Below, in pieces: positions 1 to 9,958 of a DNA stretch of 64,000 nucleotides (its first letter is position 1; each line of letters begins with the position of its first letter). The notes under the pieces are model-generated. The model searched no databases. It was not told the DNA's origin and saw nothing but the letters and a program-made list of their open reading frames with translations. The position numbers were made by a program, and so were the translations under genes. The stretch spans positions 706,011-770,010 of the forward strand of contig CAVUCU010000004.1 of NCBI GenBank assembly GCA_963740085.1, in the 5' to 3' direction. This stretch comes from Nitrospirota bacterium (GTDB taxonomy: Bacteria; Nitrospirota; UBA9217).

Positions 1-345
1 AATTCCAGTCGCACGGATAAGCAAGGCGCTCGAGAGAGACCTCTTGAGTGCAAATGCAGCGTCGTATCCTTCCTGTCTTAATAATTTCCAGTAATGAAGA
101 AGGCCGGCCAGTTTGCCCCGCTGGGAAGAAGAGCTGTATTTGTGGATCGTTTTAAACTCGAACGGGATGACCCGGTCCACATAGGGACAGCCGGTGAGCA
201 CCTGGCCGGAGAATGGTTCGAGCATGAGATCGATGCTCGCCTCCGGAAAGGACTGGCGAAGGTTCCTGAGGAACGGGACCGTCAGGACCGTATCGCCGAT
301 AAAACGATAGCGCATGACGAGTATTTTTTTTGCTTTTAGATTCAT
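1..345 (-). CDS. GT9 family LPS heptosyltransferase (WaaF/RfaF-like), 5' part; runs off window start
   Basis: Own translation from ATG at 345: MNLKAKKILVMRYRFIGDTVLTVPFLRNLRQSFPEASID...CPYVDRV, the typical GT9 N-terminus; follows gmhB. Confidence 0.8.
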   Translation of the reverse strand, partial: MNLKAKKILVMRYRFIGDTVLTVPFLRNLRQSFPEASIDLMLEPFSGQVLTGCPYVDRVIPFEFKTIHKYSSSSQRGKLAGLLHYWKLLRQEGYDAAFALKRSLSSALLIRATGI

Positions 346-414
346 GATGGATCTTGGTTCACGAACAATACGCTTGCGTTTCAGTGCTAAAAATGGACGT
401 CTTGCGAGTCCATC
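346..414. repeat. Short REP-like palindromic element (GATGGA...TCCATC)
   Basis: Inverted ends gatgga/tccatc plus inner hairpin atggac-N9-gtccat; related ends at 43403-43529. Confidence 0.4.
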
Positions 415-991
415 AGTCTTTTGTGATCCTTTGAATGATCCACTCAGCCGCTTCGAGGATGGTGCGCGCGACAAAGTCAGGGTCGCTGATGTGCCCGGGG
501 CGGATATTCCCGGGATCATCGGGAGCGAATCCGGATTGCACCAGGATCGAGTGCGCGCCCGCGCGTTGCCCGAGCTCCACGTCGCTCCACTTATCCCCGA
601 CTACGAAGGATTTTTTTACGTCAATATCGAGGTCCCGCGCCGCGCGGTCGATCAACCCGGTGCCGGGCTTTCTGCAGTCGCATGCGACGGTATAACTCGA
701 CGTACCCGCTGTCGGATGGTGGGGACAATAATACACCGCATCGATCCGCGCCCCTTCCTCTCGAAGCATCCGATCAAGACGCTCATGAGCGTCATGGACC
801 ATCGATTCGGTGAAATATCCACGGGCCACCCCGGACTGATTGGTCACCAGCACTACCTTCAATCCGGCCTCATTGAGCAGTCTGATCGCCGCGCCAGCGC
901 CGTCAATGAGCCGAAGATCGGCAACGTCGCGCAAATACCCTACCTCTACGTTCACGGTGCCGTCCCGGTCGAGAAATACCGCTCTAAGCAT
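413..991 (-). CDS. gmhB: D-glycero-D-manno-heptose 1,7-bisphosphate phosphatase (HAD IIIA)
   Basis: FLDRDGT, VTNQSG, YCPHHP...CDCRKP and VGDK motifs. Confidence 0.92.
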   Translation of the reverse strand: MLRAVFLDRDGTVNVEVGYLRDVADLRLIDGAGAAIRLLNEAGLKVVLVTNQSGVARGYFTESMVHDAHERLDRMLREEGARIDAVYYCPHHPTAGTSSYTVACDCRKPGTGLIDRAARDLDIDVKKSFVVGDKWSDVELGQRAGAHSILVQSGFAPDDPGNIRPGHISDPDFVARTILEAAEWIIQRITKD

Positions 992-2066
992 TTTTTAGTC
1001 CCTCGAGGAGAAACGTTTCCCATTCATCGTGTTCCGTTACGATCAGTTCGATCCTGAGCGCCCATACACCCTCAGCGTGCAGTCTCTTTAACCGTATTGC
1101 GTCCTTTTCCGTGGTAACGATCATACTGATCTTTTCATCCGCCGCTTTCTGATAAACCGCCGCCAAATCGGATTTTTGATAGTCGAAGTGGTCAGGATAG
1201 GTACAGGTCACGGCAATGTCCGCACCGAGTGATTTGAGCAGCAGGGTGAAAGAATCCGGATTCGCAATACCGGAAAGGGCGAGAACCGTCGAGCCGCGTA
1301 AAACGGCAAGTGGTTTTATATCAGAGCTCCGATAATCGATCAAATCCACCGGGACCTGTCGTGAGGTAAAGATCGGGGACCGGGTGTGCTGTCGAATGGT
1401 CTCTTTCAACCTCGCCACATCCACGGTAGTGTCCGTTTTGGTGATCAGAACAGCTTGGGCCCGTTTGAGTGCATGAATCGGCTCCCGCAAAATGCCGGCG
1501 GGAAACAGCTTGCCGTTCCCAAAGGGATTCCCGGCATCCAAAAGCACGATATCAAGCGCCCTCTTTAACTGGGTATGCTGGAACCCGTCATCGAGGAGCA
1601 CGACGTCCGGGCTGAATCGTTGTAAGGCACCCAGCGCCGCCTTATACCGCTTGCGGCCGACAACAACGGGTGTGCCGGGCAGCTTTGATCCGATCATCAC
1701 TGGTTCGTCGCCTCCGATTTGGGCATCAACAAGGACCGTGTGGCCGTCGGATACTACGATTATCTCCGCATCATCATTTCTTCCGTATCCCCTGCTGACA
1801 ACAACCACCCGCCGGTTGTTCCTCGACAACAATTGCGCGACCTGAATGACGGTCGGAGTTTTGCCCGTTCCGCCAAGGGTCAGATTCCCGACCGAGATGA
1901 CCGGGCACGATATTTCCCTTCGTTTGAATATATGAAGTCCGAAGAATAACCGGCGCAGATAAACAGCCGCCCCGTAGATCACGGAAAGCGCGGACAGGAT
2001 GACACCCCAGAAGGGGGACGTCCTTTTCCCGCGCATTAGATCTTCAAAGTATGACTTACTGAGCAA
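984..2066 (-). CDS. lpxK: Tetraacyldisaccharide 4'-kinase
   Basis: SVGNLTLGGTGKTP, SRGYG, GDEP, LDDGFQH, PAGILRE and TTEKD motifs. Confidence 0.95.
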   Translation of the reverse strand: MLSKSYFEDLMRGKRTSPFWGVILSALSVIYGAAVYLRRLFFGLHIFKRREISCPVISVGNLTLGGTGKTPTVIQVAQLLSRNNRRVVVVSRGYGRNDDAEIIVVSDGHTVLVDAQIGGDEPVMIGSKLPGTPVVVGRKRYKAALGALQRFSPDVVLLDDGFQHTQLKRALDIVLLDAGNPFGNGKLFPAGILREPIHALKRAQAVLITKTDTTVDVARLKETIRQHTRSPIFTSRQVPVDLIDYRSSDIKPLAVLRGSTVLALSGIANPDSFTLLLKSLGADIAVTCTYPDHFDYQKSDLAAVYQKAADEKISMIVTTEKDAIRLKRLHAEGVWALRIELIVTEHDEWETFLLEGLKNA

Positions 2067-3318
2067 CGATCAGCCTTCCAACGGCATCTATGGTTTTCTG
2101 TGCAGCACCCGAATTCATCTCGATCACGCTGAATGCCCGCTCTCCCATATTCCTCGCGAGTTCCTTATCGGACAGAAGGTTGTCGATCTGAACATAAAGC
2201 TCTGTCTTATCTTTTACCATGATCCCCCCGCCTGCCGAAAGCAATGCTTCAGAAATCTCTTTAAAATTAAACATGTAACGGCTGAAGATAACAGGTTTCT
2301 TCATTGCAGCAGGCTCAAGGAGATTATGACCGCCGACCTTCACGAGGCTGCCCCCGACAAATGCGATGTCACAGAGGGAATAGAACGACCGGAGCTCTCC
2401 GATCGTATCGAGGAGCAGCACGTCCTTGAGCCGGCCTTTCAGCATCGTTCTCCGCTGGCAATCATACCCGGCCTTGTTGATGAGACTTTCCACTTCATCG
2501 AATCGTTCTGGATGGCGCGGGGCGATGATGAGCAGAAGATCGGGATATTTTTTCCTGAGCAGCTTGAAGACATAGAGGAGCGCGGCCTCTTCCCCCCGGT
2601 GGGTGCTTCCCGCCGTGATGACCCTTGCTCCGGATGCAATGGGGAACGGGGCGGACGCGATCACCGGCAACTTCTGGTCGAACTTGAGGTTTCCGGTTAC
2701 CATGACCTTTTCCGGATCAGCCCCGATGTCCTTGATCCTCATGGCGTCAGCCTCCGACTGCATGCAGAAGAGGGTAACGTTGTCAAAAACCTGGCTGAAA
2801 AATGCCTTGAACTTCCGGTAATTTCTGCTCGAATTGGGCGAGATCCTTCCGTTGATCACTGCGGAGGGTATCCCGGCGCGTTTCAGTTCGCGAAAGAAAT
2901 TAGGCCATAATTCGGTTTCAGCCACCAGCACGATCTGGGGATTGATGCCCCGTATTACCCTGCGAACAATGTACGGGAAATCGAAGGGGAAGTAGAAGAC
3001 CGCATCCGCTTCAGGCACTCTCCGGCGCGCCGTGTAATTGCCGGTGACCGTTACCGTCGAGAGGATCAGCTTCCGGTGAGGGTACTTCTTTTTGAGCTCA
3101 CGAATGAGCGGATGCGCGGCCATAACCTCGCCAACCGAAACAGCATGGACCCAGATGGGACGGCTGCCCTTGATCGTCTTCATTACACCTTTGCGCAGAC
3201 GGCCGAGTTTCTGGGTCATACCCCCGCGGTACTTGGGCACGGTGATCAGCTTGAACAGGATCGCCGGAAGCAGCAGCACGGTCGCTATGATCAGAAGCAG
3301 GTTGTAGAGAATATACAT
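2056..3318 (-). CDS. waaA: 3-deoxy-D-manno-octulosonic acid (Kdo) transferase
   Basis: WVHAVSVGE, ETELWPN, GNLKFD, PRHPER and GGHNLLEP motifs. Confidence 0.95.
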   Translation of the reverse strand: MYILYNLLLIIATVLLLPAILFKLITVPKYRGGMTQKLGRLRKGVMKTIKGSRPIWVHAVSVGEVMAAHPLIRELKKKYPHRKLILSTVTVTGNYTARRRVPEADAVFYFPFDFPYIVRRVIRGINPQIVLVAETELWPNFFRELKRAGIPSAVINGRISPNSSRNYRKFKAFFSQVFDNVTLFCMQSEADAMRIKDIGADPEKVMVTGNLKFDQKLPVIASAPFPIASGARVITAGSTHRGEEAALLYVFKLLRKKYPDLLLIIAPRHPERFDEVESLINKAGYDCQRRTMLKGRLKDVLLLDTIGELRSFYSLCDIAFVGGSLVKVGGHNLLEPAAMKKPVIFSRYMFNFKEISEALLSAGGGIMVKDKTELYVQIDNLLSDKELARNMGERAFSVIEMNSGAAQKTIDAVGRLIVAQ

Positions 3319-3445
3319 GATGTACTACCTCACAAAAAATAACCATGAACCGGCAATGAAACCCGTTTCGTCTTGCGGGAATGGTGTTCGTGCCTGATCG
3401 CGCTGAGCCGGCGTTCGACGCCTCATATACGTGCATCGCAATCGA

Positions 3446-4090
3446 TTATCTGCTTGCGAAATAATCATCCGCCTGCGCCATCAGCCTGTTCAGCGCAGCC
3501 TCCAATTCCTTGCATTTCTTCTCGAGCTCTTCCGCACCTATTCCCTTCACGATGATCGGCTCGCCGTACAGGACGACTCCGCTGGTGAACGGCTTCGGGA
3601 GCATATACCTGTCCCAGATCTTATCGAGGATCCAATAGCTCTTTGCACTCGTGCACACGGGAACGATCTGCTTGTCCAGTTTGCCCGCCATATACGTTAC
3701 GCCCTGTTTTGCCTCGTAGATGGGGCCTCGCGGACCATCCACCGCAAGCGCGAGATCTTTTCCTTTTCGAAGCCTGTCGACCAGTCCCAGGAGCGCGCGG
3801 TCCCCCTTCCGCTTGCTCGAACCGCGGACAACATCGAAGCCGAACCACTTCAGGATGCCCGCCTGGATCTCGCCGTCACGGCTTTCACTGGCAGGAATGA
3901 CGACCCCGGTATTCCGGTGACTATGGAATAGTATAAACTGCCTCCCGTGCCAGAAGGCATAGATAAAGTTCTTCCCCTCCGATTTAAGCCGATCGGGGAT
4001 CTCCTTATGAACGAACTGTATCCGCAGCGTCCTGCTCCAGACCGAAAGCAGGATCGAGCCGATGAAGGATAGTATCCTTGCCCTGAACAT
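3446..4090 (-). CDS. lpxJ: DUF374 lysophospholipid acyltransferase family (LpxJ-like late lipid A acyltransferase)
   Basis: FWHG, SRDGE, RGSS and DGPRGP motifs; lipid A operon context. Confidence 0.75.
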   Translation of the reverse strand: MFRARILSFIGSILLSVWSRTLRIQFVHKEIPDRLKSEGKNFIYAFWHGRQFILFHSHRNTGVVIPASESRDGEIQAGILKWFGFDVVRGSSKRKGDRALLGLVDRLRKGKDLALAVDGPRGPIYEAKQGVTYMAGKLDKQIVPVCTSAKSYWILDKIWDRYMLPKPFTSGVVLYGEPIIVKGIGAEELEKKCKELEAALNRLMAQADDYFASR

Positions 4091-5841
4091 TACACCGTCC
4101 TTGCCGGCGTTTCGTCGCGAAATTGCCTCTCGTACAGGTTCTTATATTCACCGCCCCGTGCGATGAGGTCCTCATGCCTGCCCTGCTCCACGATCCTGCC
4201 GTCCTTCAGCACGATGATCCGGTCCGCGTTCATGATGGTCGAAAGACGGTGGGCGATCACGAAGCTCGTCCTGCCTTTCATGAGCATGTCGAGGGCGTTC
4301 TGCACTTCCCGCTCGGACTGCGTATCAAGCGAGGACGTGGCCTCATCGAGAATGAGAATGGGAGCGTTTTTGAGCAATGCCCTGGCGATCGCGATCCGCT
4401 GGCGCTGGCCTCCCGAGAGCTTGACGCCCGACTCGCCGATAACGGTGTCGTATCCCAGGGGAAGCGCCCGGATAAAGTCTTCGGCATAGGCTGACCGCGC
4501 CGCGCTGATAATGTCCTCTAAGGGTTTTCCGGTATCTCCGTAGGCTATATTGTCCTTCACGGTGTCGTTGAATAAGAACGTCTGCTGCGTAACGATGGCG
4601 GTCAGCGATCTGAGGGATTCGATCGACAGGTCGCGAATATCCCTGCCGTCGATCAGGATCGAGCCGCCGGTGACATCGTAAAAACGGGGGATGAGGTTCA
4701 CGAAGGTCGTTTTGCCTCCGCCGCTCTTGCCCACGATGGCGATCGTCTCCCCTGCTTTCACGGTCAGATCGATGTTCTTCAACACCATCTCGTCTTCATA
4801 TTTGAAGATAAGGTCCCGGAACTCTATTGTCTTGAAATCGCGGGATACAGAAAGCGCTTCTTTCCGGTTCTTGATCTCCGGCCGGGTGTCGAGAACCTCA
4901 AAGATGCGATGGGCGGCGGCAATGCCGTCCTGGACCGTGTTGTTCACACCGTTCAGGTCCCTCAGCGGGCGGTAGAAGAAAACGAGCGCCGCCATAAAAG
5001 AAAAGAAATCGCCAACCGTCATGACGCCCTTGGTGATATAGTAAAGGCCGAAGAGAATAACAAGGGATGTCCCGAGTATGGAGATCACCTCCATGACGGG
5101 GTGAGAGATCGCGCCGGTCTTGATCGCGCGCATCAGTGAGTTGAAAAGGTTCTTGTTCTTTTCGGCGAACCGAGCACTCTCGTATTCCTCCCTGCCGAAC
5201 GCCTTGACGATCCGGATACCCCCGATGGTCTCATGGAGGTGTGTCGTGAGAACACCGATCTGCTCCTGCATCTGCGTGCTCGCTGTTCTGAATCGTTTGC
5301 TGAATTTTGAGAGCGCAAAGCCGGCAAGGGGAAGCACGATGATCGAAAAAACGGCGAGCCGCCAGTTGAGATAGAGGATATATCCGGTAAGCGCGATCAT
5401 GGTGAAGATGCCCTGCACCAGACTCGACGGCGCCCTGGTGAGCGCGCCTTGCACCAGGTTCACGTCGTTGATGATGCGGGAGATGATGACGCCGGTCGGC
5501 GTCCGGGTGAAATACGAGAAGGACAGGGACTCGACGTGCGTATAGAGTTGATCGCGGATGTCATTCACGACCCTCTGTCCGACCCAGCCCATCATGTAGT
5601 CCCGGGCATAGGCCGCGCCGCCTTTCAGAATGGTCACGAGGACGAGCGCGGGAGGGAGATAGAGGCCGAGATCCATGTTCTTTGCCAGGATCACCTTGTC
5701 CAGCACAGGCTTTACCAGATAGGCCTGCGCCGAGATCAGCACGCTGGTAAGGCCCATAAAGAACACGGACCAGCCGATCCTCGCCTTGTAGGGCTTCAGA
5801 TAGGTGAAGAGCCTTTTGTAGATTTTCAGGTCTTTTTTCAT
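4090..5841 (-). CDS. msbA: Lipid A export ABC transporter permease/ATPase
   Basis: TM domain, GKSGGGKT Walker A, LSGGQRQR, ILDEATS; directly after lpxB. Confidence 0.9.
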   Translation of the reverse strand: MKKDLKIYKRLFTYLKPYKARIGWSVFFMGLTSVLISAQAYLVKPVLDKVILAKNMDLGLYLPPALVLVTILKGGAAYARDYMMGWVGQRVVNDIRDQLYTHVESLSFSYFTRTPTGVIISRIINDVNLVQGALTRAPSSLVQGIFTMIALTGYILYLNWRLAVFSIIVLPLAGFALSKFSKRFRTASTQMQEQIGVLTTHLHETIGGIRIVKAFGREEYESARFAEKNKNLFNSLMRAIKTGAISHPVMEVISILGTSLVILFGLYYITKGVMTVGDFFSFMAALVFFYRPLRDLNGVNNTVQDGIAAAHRIFEVLDTRPEIKNRKEALSVSRDFKTIEFRDLIFKYEDEMVLKNIDLTVKAGETIAIVGKSGGGKTTFVNLIPRFYDVTGGSILIDGRDIRDLSIESLRSLTAIVTQQTFLFNDTVKDNIAYGDTGKPLEDIISAARSAYAEDFIRALPLGYDTVIGESGVKLSGGQRQRIAIARALLKNAPILILDEATSSLDTQSEREVQNALDMLMKGRTSFVIAHRLSTIMNADRIIVLKDGRIVEQGRHEDLIARGGEYKNLYERQFRDETPARTV

Positions 5842-6977
5842 GTCGCAAGCAAATCCCTGACGACTGCTGCGGCCCGCGCTGACGCGCCGGCATCTCCAAG
5901 CCGCTTCCGCACACCATCGAGACCCGAGCGGATCCGATCATAATAGACAGGATCGATCAGCATCCTGGCAACGGCATCGGCCATGTGCTGCGGCGTCGAT
6001 TCCTTCTGGATCAGCTCGGGAACCAGCCGTTCGTCCGCTACGATATTCACCAGGCCTACATGTTTCAATCCGGCATGCACCAGCCTTCTGAGGATAGCGT
6101 ATGTTATGGCCGATATGCGATACACGATCACCATCGGTATCGCCATAAGACCTGTTTCAAGTGTGGCCGTACCGGAGGCGACGATCGCGGCGTCCGATGC
6201 CCGCAACGCGTCGTATACCCTCCCCTCGATCACTCGGACAGGGACACCGCTCTGCTCCATGAACGTGCGTACGAAGCCCTGGTCCAGCGTCGGTGCAACG
6301 GGAAGAATGAACTGCAGGTCCTGAAACCGGGTCGAGAGTATTTTTGCGGCAGCAAGCATGTCGGGAAGGAGATGCGTCAGTTCCGATCTTCTGCTGCCCG
6401 GCAGCAGAGCGATGGTGCGCCGGGATCCCTCAAGGCCGAACGCGCTCTTCGCCTGTTCCTTCGTAAGGTCCGATCGCACTACGTCCGTGAGCGGATGGCC
6501 CACAAACCGGACGTCAACGCCCGCCTTCTCGTAGAGCGGCACTTCGAAGGGAAATACGACGATCATTGCCTTTACCAGCCGTGCGATCGTCTTGATCCTG
6601 CCTTTTCTCCAGACCCACACCTGGGGGCTTATGTAATAGAGAACCGGGATGCCGAGCCTTTGGGCCGCCTTGCCGAGCATGATATTAAAGTCAGGGAAAT
6701 CGATCAGGACGAGGAGGTCGGGCCGCTCGTTCTTCAGAAAACGTTTCAAGGCTGAATAGACCCGGTAGATCGCGCCGAGATGGGTCAGCACCTCGGTGAT
6801 CCCGACGACCGAGATCTCCTTTGCGTCGGCAAGCATCCGGACGCCGGCCCCCTGCATCTGCTTGCTGCCGACGCCGTAAATAACCATCCCGGGGTCCTGC
6901 TTCCAGATCTCCCGTGCGAGGTTTGCGCCATGCAGATCGCCGGATGCCTCCCCCGACATGATCATGATCTTCTTCAT
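5838..6977 (-). CDS. lpxB: Lipid-A-disaccharide synthase
   Basis: GEASGD, IDFPDFN, SPQVWVW, FVGHPL, LLPGSR and SGTATLE motifs. Confidence 0.95.
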   Translation of the reverse strand: MKKIMIMSGEASGDLHGANLAREIWKQDPGMVIYGVGSKQMQGAGVRMLADAKEISVVGITEVLTHLGAIYRVYSALKRFLKNERPDLLVLIDFPDFNIMLGKAAQRLGIPVLYYISPQVWVWRKGRIKTIARLVKAMIVVFPFEVPLYEKAGVDVRFVGHPLTDVVRSDLTKEQAKSAFGLEGSRRTIALLPGSRRSELTHLLPDMLAAAKILSTRFQDLQFILPVAPTLDQGFVRTFMEQSGVPVRVIEGRVYDALRASDAAIVASGTATLETGLMAIPMVIVYRISAITYAILRRLVHAGLKHVGLVNIVADERLVPELIQKESTPQHMADAVARMLIDPVYYDRIRSGLDGVRKRLGDAGASARAAAVVRDLLAT

Positions 6978-7018
6978 ACCGTTCTTCTGATTTCTGTCTC
7001 CTGACCACTGACCCGGTT

Positions 7019-8119
7019 CTACAGCGCCTTTTTCACAGCGTCAGCCACTTTTTTGATCTGCTCCTCCGTCAGTTCGGGATACAGGGGAAGCGATAACACC
7101 TCGCGCGCAGCCTGCTCGGCGACGGGCAGGCTCCCGGGCTTCATGCCAAGGTCCCTGTATGCGGCCTGCATATGCAGCGGAACGGGATAATAGATCATGG
7201 ATGAGGTTATCCTCCCCGCATCCAGCTTCTGCTTCACCGCATCCCGGTTCTTGACCCTGACCGTGTACTGGTGAAAGACATGCCGTGTCCCGCCCAGTTC
7301 CGACGGTGTCCGGATCCCCGAGTCGGCGAGGTCTTTTGAATAAAGCGCGGCATTGTTCCTTCGCATGGTGTTGTACGCATCGATATGCTTGAACTTGATC
7401 CGGATGATCGCGGCCTGGATCTCATCGAGCCGGCTGTTAAACCCGACCTCTTCGTGGTAATATCGCACCGCGCTGCCGTGGTTCCTCAGGCTCAGCAGAT
7501 GCTCTGCAAAAGCACTATCATCGGTGGTCACCATGCCGCCGTCGCCATACCCGCCGAGATTCTTGCTCGGGAAAAAGCTGAAGCAGCCGAGATCACCGAT
7601 GGCGCCGGTCTTCTTTCCCCGGTATTCCGCTCCAAAGGACTGCGCGCAGTCCTCGATGATCCTGAGATTGTGCTTCTTTGCGAGCCCCATAAGCGCATTC
7701 ATGTCCGCGGGCTGTCCGTAAAGATGCACCGGGATTACGGCCTTTGTTTTTCCGGTGATCGCAGGCCCGATCTTTGAAATATCGATGTTGAACGAATCAG
7801 GATCGATGTCCACGAAGACCGGCACCGCGCCGGCATAGGATATCGCCTCGGCCGTTGCGATGAAGGTGAAGGGCGTGGTGATCACCTCATCACCCCGTTT
7901 GATCCCAGCGGCAAGCAGCGCAAGATGCAGGGCATCCGTGCCGGAAGCAACAGCCACGGCATGTTTCACACCGTGATAGCGCGCGATCTCCTCTTCAAGC
8001 GCCTTGCCCTGCGGGCCAAGGATAAAATGGCCGCTCTGTATTACGCCGAGAACAGCGTTGTTGATCTCGTCCTTGATCGCTTCGTACTGGACCTTGAGGT
8101 CGACCATCGGTATCGTCAT
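7019..8119 (-). CDS. gnnB: DegT/DnrJ/EryC1/StrS PLP aminotransferase; GnnB-like (UDP-GlcNAc3N synthesis)
   Basis: SGTDAL, VHLYGQ, IEDCAQ, SFFPSKNLG; lies between lpxA/lpxI and lpxB. Confidence 0.75.
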   Translation of the reverse strand: MTIPMVDLKVQYEAIKDEINNAVLGVIQSGHFILGPQGKALEEEIARYHGVKHAVAVASGTDALHLALLAAGIKRGDEVITTPFTFIATAEAISYAGAVPVFVDIDPDSFNIDISKIGPAITGKTKAVIPVHLYGQPADMNALMGLAKKHNLRIIEDCAQSFGAEYRGKKTGAIGDLGCFSFFPSKNLGGYGDGGMVTTDDSAFAEHLLSLRNHGSAVRYYHEEVGFNSRLDEIQAAIIRIKFKHIDAYNTMRRNNAALYSKDLADSGIRTPSELGGTRHVFHQYTVRVKNRDAVKQKLDAGRITSSMIYYPVPLHMQAAYRDLGMKPGSLPVAEQAAREVLSLPLYPELTEEQIKKVADAVKKAL

Positions 8120-8137
8120 ACTCAGGGGAACTCCTCT

Positions 8138-9088
8138 CTACGACACCGGAACGAATCCGGTTATCCTTTGCGTTATGGTGTCTGTGATGGCCCTGGCGAG
8201 GGCAAGCGCCCGCCTGCCTTCAATGCCCGTCACCAAGGGCCGGGCACCGCTCCGAACACTCTGAACGAAAGCCCGGATCTCATCTTCCAGCGTATCGCGC
8301 CGGTCGCTCGAAATGTCCTGGACCTTCAATTGAGGAATGACTCCCGGATTTATACGCGAGACGGTCGCTTTCTGTGCCTGGTAATCGGACGTATAGATCG
8401 CGTTCAAGTCAAATATCCTGAGCAGTCGTTTTTTTTCATCCGAGATCCTGCTGGCAGTGACATCGGCGATGCATCCATTCTGAAAGGTGATCCGTGCCGT
8501 TGCCATATCGATCTCGGCCGTCATGAACGAAACGCCGGCGGCGCTGACTTCTTTCGGCGGCGATCCGGAAAGGTCCATGACGATATCGAGGTCGTGGATC
8601 ATCAGGTCAAGCACCACATTCACGTCCGTGCACCTGACGGTATACGGCGCTGAACGCTCAGCCGTGATATATCGCGGCGTTTTGAGCAGCGACTTGACGG
8701 CTGTGATCGCGGGATTGAATCGTTCGATATGCCCAACCTGCAGGACCACCTTCTTACGGGCCGCAAGATCAATAAGTTCATCCGCCTGCCCGATGGTCTC
8801 GGTCATGGGTTTCTCGAGAAGAACGTGGACGCCCTGTTCCAGAAATTGTTTCGCAATGCGATGGTGCAAAATGGTCGGCGTCACGATACTTACGGCGTCC
8901 ACCTTCCCGATCAAGGAGGCCGGATCAACCGAGGACCGGGTGTTCAACTTCGCGGCGAGAAGCGTTGCGCGCTCGAGATCCGTATCCACCAGTCCTGCCA
9001 GTTCGACTCCGGGAATGTCCGCGTATTTTTCCGCATGAAACTGACCCAGGTACCCTGTGCCGATGACGCCTACCCGTAAATTCTTCAT
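8138..9088 (-). CDS. gnnA: Gfo/Idh/MocA oxidoreductase; GnnA-like UDP-GlcNAc 3-dehydrogenase
   Basis: GxGxxG Rossmann, EKPM, GHIERFNP, DLMIHDLD; paired with a DegT gene in the lipid A operon. Confidence 0.75.
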   Translation of the reverse strand: MKNLRVGVIGTGYLGQFHAEKYADIPGVELAGLVDTDLERATLLAAKLNTRSSVDPASLIGKVDAVSIVTPTILHHRIAKQFLEQGVHVLLEKPMTETIGQADELIDLAARKKVVLQVGHIERFNPAITAVKSLLKTPRYITAERSAPYTVRCTDVNVVLDLMIHDLDIVMDLSGSPPKEVSAAGVSFMTAEIDMATARITFQNGCIADVTASRISDEKKRLLRIFDLNAIYTSDYQAQKATVSRINPGVIPQLKVQDISSDRRDTLEDEIRAFVQSVRSGARPLVTGIEGRRALALARAITDTITQRITGFVPVS

Positions 9089-9906
9089 GCAAGATCCTTC
9101 GGGTCCTGCACCGCGATGATCGTGATGCCGGCACGGTCTGCTTCATGGATCACTGTTTCCCGTTCCAGGATAATGGTCTTGCCCGCTTCAACCGCCAGGC
9201 AGGTCGCTTTTACGTCTTCCATGGATTTGATCGTCTGGGTCCCGATCGCGGGGAGGTCGAACCGAAGGTCCTGCTGCGGTTTGCATACCTTGACAACGAC
9301 CGCACCCTTGCCGCAAAGTTTCCCGCCGCGGCGAATTGCCTCATCAGTGCCCTCAATGGCCTCCACGGCAAGAATGACCTGGTCCTTGAGCACGACGGTC
9401 TGGCCGATGTCCAGACGGCCGATCTCTTTCGCCGTCTGCCAGCCGAATTCGATGTCCCGACGCTCGTTTTTCGCAGGCTTTCTTTTCGTCAATACGCCCC
9501 GCTGCGCCACGATGCTGTCAAGATAGAGCGTCGACTCGCGCACGACGATCCCTTCGGACTCAAGTTCATCCGCCACAGCGCGAAGCAGGGAATCGTCCTT
9601 TTTGTGAACCATTTTCGCGAGCAGCGCCATTCCCCGCAGATCGGGCAGCGTATTGCCGAATAATCGCGTTTTCCTGATGCCGCCGGCCATAAGTACGTCA
9701 ACGACACCCTGTTCTTTGAATATCTGTATGATCTTGCCGAGCTGGCCCACCTTTACCCAGTAAATGCCGTCAACCAGATTCGCGAGCTCGGGCAGTGTCT
9801 CTCCCTCGTGCGCTACGGCGATGACCTGCATGCCCTTTAGTTTGGCGGCGCGCGCGAAGGCAATGGGGAAGTTTCCATTCCCCGCTATTAACCCGATCTT
9901 ACTCAT
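9085..9906 (-). CDS. lpxI: UDP-2,3-diacylglucosamine diphosphatase LpxI (DUF1009)
   Basis: GLIAGNG.FP, DIGQ, AVEAIEGTD and QDLRFDLP motifs; follows lpxA. Confidence 0.9.
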   Translation of the reverse strand: MSKIGLIAGNGNFPIAFARAAKLKGMQVIAVAHEGETLPELANLVDGIYWVKVGQLGKIIQIFKEQGVVDVLMAGGIRKTRLFGNTLPDLRGMALLAKMVHKKDDSLLRAVADELESEGIVVRESTLYLDSIVAQRGVLTKRKPAKNERRDIEFGWQTAKEIGRLDIGQTVVLKDQVILAVEAIEGTDEAIRRGGKLCGKGAVVVKVCKPQQDLRFDLPAIGTQTIKSMEDVKATCLAVEAGKTIILERETVIHEADRAGITIIAVQDPKDLA

Positions 9907-9958
9907 ACCCTGCATTACTTGTTATTACCGGCTCCTGACCCCTTACTTCTGTTTTCCA

